DNA of 64,000 nt, taken from assembly GCA_965644265.1 (NCBI GenBank), contig OZ286472.1, forward strand, positions 43,400,001 through 43,464,000, read 5' to 3'. This document shows positions 52,500-64,000 of the stretch, piece by piece. The DNA is from Glycera tridactyla. Its lineage: Eukaryota. Numbering within the stretch: position 1 is the stretch's first letter; each line of letters starts with the position of its first letter. Under the pieces are notes generated by a model. That model saw only the letters and a list, made by a program, of their open reading frames with translations, had not been told where the DNA came from and ran no database searches. Position numbers and translations under genes: made by a program.

Positions 52500-54020
52500 A
52501 TCATAAAAGTGTACCCGCTAGATACTGGAAAAAGGATGAATATGGTTTATGGTAATCAGGCTGGGACCGAGGTTGTTGAGTAGCGAATGCCTATCTGATA
52601 GAAAAAGGCTAGCTATTATGATTAGTGTGCCTAGCATCTATCTGGACCAATAAGGGCGGTAATACACTCGACGCCGGGCCTGCCAGCTTTAACATTGTCA
52701 ATAAGCGCTGGCTTGTGAAATACCAGCAACAGCGATCTCCCTGGAAATCTGTCTGATGCTAGGCACATACTTGCTTCCATCATCACTTATAGCGGCTGTT
52801 GTGTATTTCACTGAATAACGGGATACCTGTACGACTTCTGTTTGCTGATTAGGCTAATTCTATGCGAGAATATCATTGTACTGGTCACTATCGGAACTGC
52901 TGAGAAGCTACCAGGAGGTCATGGTAACTTAAATCAGGTTTCCTATTACTGGAATCAACAGCGAACGTGTCTGTAACGGTTTTAGATTTGATAGCACACG
53001 CTGCATTCGCTGTAGTTGAGCGACAAAGGTTGAATGGCAGAATCCAATTTCGAACTGTGACCTTTCGTGACAGTAAGTGACAGTGCTTGCTATCTGATCA
53101 GACACTGGAATCTATCCGCATCTCTGATACGAGCTAATCGATGACGCAGACGCCTGTCCGACTGGGTACCGTGCTCAATTCAGCAGGGCTTGTTTACACT
53201 GCCGGTCGGCTGCCCGGCTAATCTTTGTTACACTCGGCAAGTCTGAATGAATNNNNNNNNNNNNNNNNNNNNNNNNNNNNNNNNNNNNNNNNNNNNNNNN
53301 NNNNNNNNNNNNNNNNNNNNNNNNNNNNNNNNNNNNNNNNNNNNNNNNNNNNNNNNNNNNNNNNNNNNNNNNNNNNNNNNNNNCGGTGTGTCTGCGTGTA
53401 TATGTATTCATTTATTGGATTGATTTGATTTATTCATCACTCCATCATATCCATCTCTCTATTCATTCATAAGTATATTTGATCATTCATTCATTCTTCT
53501 GTCAAATCATCAGACAATCCACACAGATACAGCAATAATGAGTACATATCCGAATGAACCTATCTTCAAGAACCTAGTAAAAGCTAGATGGGCAAGGTCT
53601 TAATCACTTCTTACCGTCTACCTAAAGCAAAGTGCCATTAGGTCCAGAGCGAATATATGCAACCATATTCGTTGGGAAAGTATTCAAATGTTTTGCTTTC
53701 GATGACTTCCCAACGATTCTGGATATATGTGGCCCGAGCAATGGTGATATCGAATGTAAAAGTGGCTCTTTATCTGTAGGCATTCCGGGGAGGGATATTT
53801 GTAAGGCACTCCCACTGAAATGTCAAGTTGACGCGGATATTAGTGAAAAAGACCGCAGGCCTTCACGGGCAAAGCGGATTGCCTGACAGCGGAGGATAGC
53901 ATCAACAGTGTAGCTATCCTTTAATCATATCGATGGCAAGTTTGCACCCACAAACCTCCTCAACAAGCGCCCACGTGCCATTGATTTTACAGTCATGAGA
54001 AGATTATGACTGCTTTCCGT
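52500..54020 (-). mobile_element. Second degraded DIRS-like remnant (RNase H + tyrosine recombinase parts)
   Basis: Weak motifs on minus: LMTVKSMA-VGAC (TDAS..GWGA), AIRFAREGLRSF (LEL.A...AL.SF), ATYIQ..ES (A.HIPG..AD.ES); then MLKLAG, YRPYWSR (HSTR-like) and DYHKPY (FY.KP). Interrupted by N-run 53253-53383. Confidence 0.3.
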
Positions 54021-56481
54021 GAAGAAAACGCCTGTATGTACACTATGAGCTATTTGGTGCTCTTTCACCATGAGACCCTTAGATTCCTCCAAAGGCCCAA
54101 ACAGAAGATATCCCGTTCCCTATATCTACATACTCAACCATACACCAGGCCTTTCTCTCCTGTTTTCTCCTTTCTCTCCATCTCATCACACATCCACCAT
54201 GAGCATCTGTCAAAACAAATTACGTGCTGGATGATCATTCAAGTTGTGGATGAAACATTGCAGATGGATACTCATTTCATTTCAGTGCCTCGCAGAATCA
54301 TCTGCGCCTTTCTTTACGATAATATTACATGATAGCAGAAATTATCACATGTCTAAGGTTGGAAAATTCGAACGACATCAGTTGCTTTATGTTCGGAATC
54401 AGGTAAGATGGTTGGATGGATCAGCAGCAGACATTAGCATGGAGAAAGTCAATTGTGCTCGAAAGTGAATCCCACACCTTATTCAAAATGTACGTCTGGG
54501 CATGAAAGATACAGGCGGATAGATATAGGTTCAGGAGAAAGGCATCACAGCATCCGCTATAATTCTTTGTAACTCAGCGGCCGAGTGAATTACGTAATCA
54601 GACACATATTTTGGAACCATACATCTTCTTCGACATGTCAGGCGACGCTTCATAAGGCTTCATGAATATAGAAACCAGAACATAAAAAAAAAATGGCCAT
54701 GGAAACACAAGACGGCGAAAGAACTGATAAACCAGAGAAACAAATGTTCAGCCATCAAAGATGCATCCAATATTTCCATTTTTCCTAACTTGAGAGCTGA
54801 TTGGAGACCGATTGAACAGGTGGAATAGGTGGAGGTATACAGCTCCGTATCGCAGCATATATCCTGACTCTACAATTGCTGTTCATATCGGAGTCATTAT
54901 TAGAATCAACGAATAATAAGGGACCAAATATCCAGCACAGTGCCATGCCGGTAATTTGGACCAGGTCGGACATATCTTTTTATCACGACTGTGATTTGAT
55001 ATTACTACCTCAGTATTTCGAAAAAGTTATATAGGGGTATCTCATGATCCACTGTGTGAAATGTCGATGACTGATTTCCAGCAGAGTTCCGACATAGTGA
55101 ATCAATCGATTCTATTCCTTCCCGGTCATCTGGGAATAAAAATACAACTTATAATAGGGGAACAAATATCGAACCCTGTGGCATCCTGGTGATTTTGACA
55201 TGGTTGGACAAATTATTTGATCACCACTGTAATTCAATATTACCAACTCTGTATTTGGAAAAGTTATATAGGAGAGCCTCATGATCTACTCGTCGAAGCC
55301 TTCTTCAGATCAAGGGATGGAGATGGCTAATCTCCAACACAATTTTGACGTATGTGAATCGATCGATTCTATTCCTACCCTAATCATTTTGGGATGAAAA
55401 ACGTTTGGGCAGACATTCCTGTTTGTGAAGACATTATTCATTCCTCTGTGATTGTTGTTCGTTGCTGATCGAGATTGTATTGATCGGTGTGTACAGCTGT
55501 TATTCAAACGAAATGTTCCCGCGGGTAAGATGTGAGGCGGTAGCGGATATGATCATAATCAGTCCTTTTGTAACCCAGATTCGAGTCATCTAGATTTGTC
55601 CCACGTATATCAATCAATCCGAGTTATTGATTCACAGCCTATATTCGATTCTGATACTATATTTCCAAGTAGCCTTAATTATGGCAGAGAGGAAATATTG
55701 TTCAGGAATTATTATGAAAGATTGAATGGTTCTCGAGAACTGAAGCCAACCTGTCTTTACAATGATGGAGAGAAGTATTGACAAGAATGATAAAAGACAA
55801 TGGGGTAATTGATGAGGGTCATCTGCTATTCAATCCCNNNNNNNNNNNNNNNNNNNNNNNNNNNNNNNNNNNNNNNNNNNNNNNNNNNNNNNNNNNNNNN
55901 NNNNNNNNNNNNNNNNNNNNNNNNNNNNNNNNNNNNNNNNNNNNNNNNNNNNNNNNNNNNNNNNNNNNNNNNNNNNNNNNNNNNNNNNNNNNNNNNNNNN
56001 NNNNNNNNNNNNNNNNNNNNNNNNNNNNNNNNNNNNNNNNNNNNNNNNNNNNNNNNNNNNNNNNNNNNNNNNNNNNNNNNNNNNNNNNNNNNNNNNNNNN
56101 NNNNNNNNNNNNNNNNNNNNNNNNNNNNNNNNNNNNNNNNATGTATATAAGGGAATGACCCCTTTTCAGGAGAGGCAGAGACTTGTTCGCCTCGTCACTC
56201 TGAATTGAATCATTTTCCACAGGATTTTGTCTCATCTGAATGCAAAGCCATCCGATCTAATGTTTTTAGTAGAATGCATCTAAAAGTCATTTGCAACTAG
56301 AAATACATTCGGGATTGCTCTAGCTCAGGTCCATGATTATCCATTCGAAGGCTGAAGGATATGGGCCCCGATACTGAGTCCATTACATGTCCATTGACAT
56401 GGGCAAGTTGCCTGTGTCAGTGGCCCATGTAGGGCAATTCTAGGGCTTTTCTCAATTAGATAGGTCTGATGCCTGAAGTAT

Positions 56482-57421
56482 CCCAGATAGCACGCCGACG
56501 TCCTATGGACGTCCTATGGACGTCGGGAGTGGACGTCCTCTGGACGTCCGTTTTTGGTCCAATAGACGTCCTGTGGACGTCAAAAAGTGGACGTCCACAG
56601 GACGTCCAGGGGACATCATTCCAGTGCTTAGTTTTCTGATCCTACTGTGCCGACGGGAATTGGTCCTGTGGACGTCCAATGGACGTCTTGTGGACGTCCA
56701 TGAGAGAGGTCCAATGGACGTCTGGTGGACGTCGATCAAAGGTCTGTAGGACGTCTAATGGACGTCCATGGCAGCTGTTGCTGCCTCTGCATCGCCGTTT
56801 TCTGGCCTAAGTATAAAGGATGTTCTGGATGCTAAGATAGGTTTTGAATGAATTTCATCGAATTTCCACAAATTTCCACAAGATTCAACTGGTATATACA
56901 AGCAAATGAGATCAAAAATTCAAAAACATCATTCACCAGACTGACAAAAGAGTTTGATTCGCATATATTCATTTGAAGCTTGTAAAATATCATTTTTGGG
57001 ACTACTTTTTGTGACGTCTGCTGGACGTCCATTGAACGTCTGCTGGACGTCCATCAGACGTCCAATGGACGTCTATAGGGCGTCTGATGGACGACCAATA
57101 GACGTCTGATGGACGTCCATTGGACGTCTGATGGACGTCCAGCAGACGTCTGTGTTGGACGTCCGTTGGACGTCTGTTGGACGTCCAAACTCACGTCGAT
57201 TCATGGACGTCCACTGGACGTCTGTTGGACGTCTAAATTATGACCATCAATACTGCTTGGACCATTGCAATCTTCCCGACATCCGTTGGACGTCCAACGG
57301 ACGTCTAAAATTCGACGTCATTTTTCTGACGTCCATACGACGTCCAATGGACGTCCGAATTCGGACCTCCGACGATTCCGACGTCCCAGGACGTCCAGTG
57401 AACGTCGGCGTGCTATCTGGG
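56482..57421. mobile_element. 940-bp non-autonomous CMC/EnSpm(CACTA)-type DNA transposon
   Basis: Perfect 20-bp TIR cccagatagcacgccgacgt (5'-CCCAG fits the CMCWR terminus), 2-bp AT duplication (56480-56481 / 57422-57423), subterminal arrays of GACGTC (16 left, 24 right by my count), and an AT-rich noncoding core at ~56775-57005. Confidence 0.85.
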
Positions 57422-57499
57422 ATGATACATGAGTCAGTGTGGGAGAGTACGGGCGCGTGTATGGATGTGATCGTGTATGCGCAAGCACCGGACTAGCAG

Positions 57500-58900
57500 T
57501 TAGTCAATTAAGTTAGGACGAGTGAGTAAACAAGCAGAGCCAGTCCAAATTCCAGATCTTTCCCAGCAAACAGGCTGCCTTCACATCAGCACCATGATCT
57601 GGTTGGCGGGCTCTAGGCTCGAATTTTTGTGCATGGACTTGTGCTTTTTCCTCCGTATCCAAGTTTGTCGAAGAGGGGTAATTACGCTTATCATTTTTAT
57701 CCAAATTTCGATTAAATGGGAAATATTGAGGGATCACTAGCATATGAGACTCACATCTATCCAGTAGATGAGGAATGTGCTGCGTGTTTTTCCTCGGTAC
57801 CACGATAGGAAGCCTTCCTAACCGATTTCATAGGTATCAGCACATACTATTGATCACTCTTTCTGATTGTGACCATAGCGGAACACAATAGTACATTATC
57901 ATTGATCATGAAATTCTTTTCTTGAATTTCAAAAGCAGGCACCAGCCATTCTTAGATACTTTGAAGTAGTTGATGCTGGTCGCTGTTCTACTTCGCAACT
58001 TTCTACGTAAAAGGAATTATGGATGAGCAAGTATTATCGTTCCGAAACATACAAATGGTGCAACATGTACCAGAATCTAAACATGATCTTCAAGTGCGAT
58101 TGCCATCATTCCATTTCGGAACATATTTGGTTTCAATCACCAGCTCAAAAATATCTTAACAATTGATCGGTTCATATGTTATGAATACAGGGAAATGACT
58201 TTGATTTAAGGGAGTTTTCTAATATGTGTTCAATACAATAATATTGTTGTATTGAACACATAAGATGAAAGGATAGAGGGTGCTACCAGCATGAAATGTA
58301 TTTCATCACCATAAGTGCACCTTTGTGATATCATGTGATATAATGTGTGATATAACTCAATATCTAAATGAATTCGTCACTATTACGAATGACACCCATT
58401 ATCACTCGTGAGTCATTGGAGATTTTTTTTTGGGATTGCAGAATTATTGATCCATTCATTGCCGCCAGGATTGCTATGAGAAAAATGAGAATCAAGGTTT
58501 TCCCATGAAATACCTTAGTTTTCATACCAATGACTTCAGGGCAATCCCGCCTGTATGATGGTCATTGTAACTTCGTGATTTCATCATCCAACTCGGTCCA
58601 AACATCATCTTACTACATCAGGAGAGATGAGAAATTGTTCTGCCACCGGGTGAAAGATGACACGCCTTAGAAAGCCATCAATATCATCTATTTTGGGAAC
58701 CTAAGCTTCCCCTCAAGGTCGTATTATGTATGTGACAAAATGAGGAGGTAGTCTGAAGTGCCGAATGCTTGATCTTGTCGATACGTCCTAAATGTCACCA
58801 CCCGGCGAGGTTGACTGATTGGGTCTCCTGTCACGCCACGTCAGCTCCATTTGGGCTATATTGTGACGCCAATGCAATGATCATGGGTGGGATTTTTTAA
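57500..58900 (-). mobile_element. Degraded L2-like LINE RT remnant
   Basis: LSKAC (~58660-58676, DLSKAFD), CTYGDEIHF (~58300-58322, YADD), MYYCVPLWS (~57870-57900, LDYC..LW), RKNTQHIPHLL (ORF 57513-57803; RK.DHITP.L). Confidence 0.45.
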
Positions 58901-60849
58901 GACTCCTTTTCCTTGGTCTCTGAATGAAAGTGATACATTATGGAATTACCAGGTGTCATTTCTTCAGATCACCACCACCACCCAACAGAGAGCTGTTCAT
59001 TAGCGTTTCGAATTATCTCACCTGATTATGTTTGGCCTCGTCGATTCATGGTATTTCAGTGAGAACTCCAGAAAAAAAATCGGTTCGTTTGACAATCGAG
59101 ATGAGATGAATTTGAATAAGATTTCTATGCTATTTGTTCGAAACCATTACTGCTGCATAATTCCAAAGAGGTAGCTAAAAATGTCCAGAGAGTACTTGGA
59201 TCATGGGTGAGCAGGCAGCAGGTCAAGCGGCATCGATAGATACCCTCTCACGTGATATCACATTTTCCCATTTCTTTCCCTAACGTCAACACGACCAGTG
59301 GTCATTTCAACTTGGTCGCGTATCACCAATAGGGATATGTGAACAATACGAATTACCATATCAGACGAGAGTATGATGATCTCTTACTAGCCAGAATTAT
59401 AGGACTGGAGAGTACTGGCCCAAGTCCTGGATCATCATAGTGATTGTTGGCAGATCAAAATTGATGGAGCATACAACATTATAGATACTACCCCCCCCCC
59501 CCCTCCCCCTGCGGAAGCAAATATCACCTGTTCGTTGCAAGTACCTATATCATTGGCGAATAATATGACGTGGCATATTACACACGGTGCATAACAATGT
59601 TGATCTATTGTCTCACAGTTACACGCATCATATCGTTCGTTGGACACGGAAACATCACCATGGCAGGTGGCCCAACTACCAATCGTTTCCTCCTCATATT
59701 GTGATCAAAGTAATATCAATCGTTTGTTCAAAGAGAGTAAAAACTGATGGAAATGGATACATGGAAGTGAGATCAAGTTGTTTATGTGAATCCTCAAATA
59801 TGTCATACTCAGAACTATACATTCATTCTTCTTTCATTCAAATGAAGAGTCTCAAAACCTTGTCACATATAATAATGGTTGGCAATTCATTTTTACATAA
59901 GTCACAATATACGTGCCACTTTGCACACTCAAATTTGGCCATTTTGCCTTTCAAAAACTCCTTTCCTAAACCGTATGCCTTGCAGCTCAATAATCAGAAG
60001 TATATTTTACGACAGTTGATCTAAGATTTTACTAAATGAAACCAACTGTTTACCCACTTTCCCAGTGCCAAAAAATTTCAATGTAAAAATGGCCAACCAG
60101 TTGGCAACCTCGGCAACGACAAGGACATGTTCATGTCCGACAGACGGCAATGCCACGACAGTTCATGATGAATGCTTATGTGACTTGAACGAATGTGCTA
60201 TATCTTGATATGTGGTACATAATCCGGCCGCGCGAAGAGGTGCTGGGGAAGGAGGAGGGATCTTATTGTCAGCCGAGAATGGGAAAAAATTACTCGCGCT
60301 CACTGCGTATATATGGCGACCACAGCGCCCTCTACACACCAACCAAATTCTGAAATACGAATCTTTTTCTTATTATAGTACATCAATAATCACGAACATA
60401 AAACGTCAATAATACTCCATCTTCATATCATACCCTTATTTTATTCGATATCCCAATATTGATTAAATCATAAAAGTTGCTGCCATCTCGTGTGAAAATC
60501 CGTCGTAACTCTTCTCCCCCTCTCCAAATAATCTTCCAATATTTTCTATCACAAAAATCAATTTATTTCAAAAATTATGTTGTAAGTAGATCCATTAAGG
60601 GCTGATCGATCATGCCAAGGAACATCAGTTTTTCATTACAGCAAGGTACGTCTATCAGGGTCTTATATCGGCAGTGAACCTTAACTGGATGCGCTGCCAA
60701 CATAAGGCCAACTCCCAACATAAGACCCTGACAAGCCAGGGTCTTATATGGGCAGCTGGAATAACTGCCAACATTAGGATCGCTGCCCATATCCATATCA
60801 CTTACTTACTCGTCGACTCATTTACATGATGATCACTTGTTTGGGGCAC

Positions 60850-61100
60850 ATTGCACCACTTATTCCCTTTAGAATGTAAACCTGCCCACAGGACATGTAC
60901 TCAATCCTAATGAAAAGCCCGTTATTGACCAAGGGACGCCATTCATATATAGCTTGTTTTCTATTGGGCCCCACTGGTGAGGCTGGTAGCGTGAATATAA
61001 ACGCCTCATCTGCGTGAGATGGTGAATACATTTGCGGTATTTTCTCACTAGGCTCTCTTCCATCGTGTGCCTGGAGGAAATGGAGGTATAAGGACAGAGC
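60850..61100 (-). mobile_element. Degraded L2-like LINE C-terminal fragment
   Basis: RKYRKCIHHLTQMRRL..HQWGPIENK in ORF 60869-61063 parallels RK.DHITP.L..LHWLPI..RI. Confidence 0.35.
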
Positions 61101-61411
61101 TGACTTCATGATATAGGAATTCCAAATCACCTAGACCACCTATAGCCACTCATCCATTGACCTCTGAGAGGAGTGTCGCATTGGAGATAGGGAGTAGCTG
61201 CTCTATTTCCTTCGAGGGCAGTGACCTGATATGTATGATACTGGGAAATATAGTAATTCTCGATTCTCAATCCGAATATAATCCCTTCTTACTCTCCAAC
61301 AAGTCCTCTCAATCCCTTTTTGCAAATATTCTCCTCAATCGAGAGCGCACCAAGATGCACTTTGAAGGATTTGCTGAATGGTTGCAAAGAATTCTCCAAA
61401 AGCAGGTAGTA

Positions 61412-61583
61412 CAATCGAACCAGCTATGAAGTCCACCTTCGGTCGCATCGAAAGTGGCCTTCGTAGACAAGTGACCTTCATGAAGAGGTTATTCACCAAT
61501 GAGAATGTTATCCCAGTCACAGCTGGGGATTGTCTTCGTAGGCAGGTTGCCTCCCCAGCTGGTCTCCCGAACAAGTGCGACTG
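61412..61583. mobile_element. Decayed Tc1/mariner-type MITE related to 42517-42619
   Basis: TA|caatcgaaccagctatgaagtccacc...ggtctcccgaacaagtgcgactg|ca; ends resemble cagtc.aacctg; the right TA is mutated. Confidence 0.55.
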
Positions 61584-63529
61584 CATTTCGCCTTTTCCCC
61601 GAACTCGGTGATTCTGCCCCCTCCCATAAAAATGGGAATGATTCTCAATAAATGAGGATGTCGAGCATCCATTCTCACGGTTGAACACGTTCATCCTCTG
61701 TAAACATGTGGCTGACCGACACAGGATTCAACCTACCTACCTTTCATCTCGTCTTTTTTATCACTGGATCATTTTACGCAATCAATTACTCTTATTGTAC
61801 ATTTGAAAATGTATCATTGATGTATGTGAATATCGTATGCAAGTGAATGCAAGTGTGCATGGGCATATTTTCTATGAGTGTGAGACAGTGAAGTATGCGT
61901 GCGAAATAGAAATGAGTGTGTGTCTGATTGCTCTAATATGAATGCACTAGTTTGATGTTTTATTTATATGTATATATACTTCTTTTTGCTTAAGTATGGA
62001 TGTGAGCTCGCATGGTCAAGTGTGAATATGTTCTGTTCTACTTCTGCTGTGAAACAACTTCTTATCTTGTCATACTTTATCTCCGTCTAACATCAGGCAA
62101 CACAATGCCCTCGCTGCCTCTCATTTCTCTCTGTCTCTCTTCTTTATCTATTCACCATTACTGCTGGACTCCTGCATGTCCGTAATGGAACTACATTCGT
62201 GATTTTTCTTTACCACAGAGCAGGAAATGTTCATCGTGGTTTATTCACAATTCCACCCTCCGATTTCTATTCGCTCTTTTTTTCCCTATCCCCCTCTCTC
62301 CCTCTTCCTCACACATAAAGACGGACAGAAACACAGCGTTTCGCAAACATCCATACTAACATACACAGATCGATGCACCAATCGTGCACACATACCACGT
62401 TGGTTTCTCTCAGATTCTACTCAGTTATCTTGTGAGATATCTCACATCCACTGTGACCTCACACCCTCCCCTGATCTCATTCTGTTGCGCTCGCAGGCTG
62501 GTGAAATATACCATGGAGGCCATGATGATGATATTAGTCTTATTATCATATTTGCCTGATACCCTATCCCTATTTTACGCATTATCAAATCATCCGCCAG
62601 CAGGGGGCACTGTGCCAAGGAGCCATGTTCACTATTATATAGCAACACATTATGTCCTGATATGGTGGCGAAAACTTGAAGAGCCCCAACTCATCGAAAG
62701 ACCTATCTTATCATCATATTTACTTGAAATCATATCCCTACTTCTTATAGTCGCGCACACAGAGGCATCATCACCGCTAGACAGTATGCATCTGCGCTGC
62801 ATGATCCCTCAACACAAGTGAAAAAAAAAATGGTGACATTATCATGTGATCGCAATCATACTTCTTACTCATCAAATCTCAAAGTACATTCATGCAAACT
62901 GCATGAGACGTGATCAATGGCTTCAATAACTAGTGATATGCTATCTATATACCGTCTTTTGTGGAAGTCTGTGACGGCGTATGAAGTCTAAGAACTATTG
63001 ACAAAGGATAGTATTCAGTCCCGCTCCTGCTCTGGGCAGTCTCAATCCAGCGGTCCTGAAGATTTCAAGAATAAGATGAGATGCCTATTGGGAACACATA
63101 CTAGAAACAGAGAGTGGATGTCAGAAGGGTCACCTTCTACCAATAAAGTGAAATACCCTGGATGCTTTTATCCTATTCAGTCATATAACGCCATACCTAT
63201 GAAGCACACATCTTATGCCCCACTCGTTGGATCTTGTTGAAACATAGGAGGGCATCCTAATACATCGAATCATATTGTAAATGTCTCATTGTTGAGCATT
63301 CCTCGTTGTCCTTCTGTACATTCCCGGCCTTTGTCTCTTTTTTATCCTGGACACCTAATCATTGCACGTCCCTGATATGCACCAACACAAACATAATATC
63401 GAGCCTGATTATCCATGTCTCAGAACCAATCACATAGACTAGTTCACATGTATATGATATATAAAGACAAGAATGATACAGCCAATCTCCCTTTCGCACC
63501 TGCGACCACCTCATCCATAATCAATGGTA

Positions 63530-63760
63530 CATGATTCTGATTGTTCTGGCCATACTAATTGGGCACTTCGGCATTTTATGGGAGCTGCATACATTTCCCC
63601 CAGTTGCCATACAACGTACCCTACATGCGCATTGCATATCAATTGGAGTACATTCAGTGACCAATGAAAGGGTCATGCATGAGACAACTTTCACTTCCTT
63701 CAAAACATCATGCTCACGTGACTACAGCATGTTCCGGATCTGTGACCTACCATGAACAAT
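63530..63760 (+). mobile_element. Degraded LINE endonuclease fragment
   Basis: ILIGHFGI (ILIGDFNI) and ETTFTSFKTSCSRDY (PTF...S.IDY) in ORF 63531-63755. Confidence 0.3.
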
Positions 63761-64000
63761 GATCTCAAATCCCTGAGGACAAATACCTATTCACAACGTC
63801 GGAGGTCTCTGTATGTAGTAATACGGGATGGCTGGAAGTCTGCAATTCCCCACGAGACTTGCCTTGTATCACACCATAATATGTGTTTGTCGCAGCTTCA
63901 TTATAGTCTGTTTCGGACATGCTGGTCGACAATTATTCATGGAAGTAACATTTTTGCGTGCTGTATAAAATGATTCATTCTGTGGCGTTATCAACGAGCT

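Noticed and set aside
4531-56235. Long ORFs containing X runs or running through microsatellites (e.g. 11458-12123, 15000-15743, 17075-17761, 36582-36789, 55778-56158)
   Set aside because: Open only because they cross N-runs or simple repeats; no coding signal.
56482-57421. Regularly spaced palindromic repeats as a possible CRISPR array
   Set aside because: Repeats are 6-10 bp with 5-nt spacers, bounded by TIRs and a TSD in eukaryotic DNA; no cas genes.
1535-59505. Several poly-G/poly-C runs (1535-1557, 5666-5676, 6782-6791, 8971-8988, 9382-9392, 37302-37321, 59489-59505) as a G-quadruplex system
   Set aside because: No regular spacing, shared flanks or strand consistency; treated as ordinary mononucleotide repeats.

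Overview
Eukaryotic (animal-like, probably invertebrate; inference from the TE repertoire and microsatellite types) non-genic or intronic DNA with ten N-runs, most next to simple repeats. I can support no intact host gene, rRNA, tRNA gene or CRISPR array. Most of the window is a graveyard of very old, stop- and frameshift-riddled retroelement relics: LINE endonuclease/RT fragments and two DIRS-like remnants, about 14 on the minus strand versus 3 on the plus strand. Younger DNA elements sit on top of this. (i) A 2.8-kb TIR transposon at 39220-42033 has a frameshifted, 3'-truncated Academ-like transposase, is inserted into an old LINE and has no clean TSD. (ii) A 940-bp non-autonomous CMC/EnSpm-type element at 56482-57421 has an AT TSD and about 40 GACGTC palindromes phased at about 11 bp. 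(iii) A roughly 640-bp element at 42733-43371 contains a 115-bp palindrome and splits the B-box of a tRNA-like SINE. (iv) There are two Tc1/mariner-type MITEs. Two local duplications occur (1638-bp tandem; 780-bp at 1047-bp offset). Relic assignments come from by-eye motif matching of translations, not database searches.
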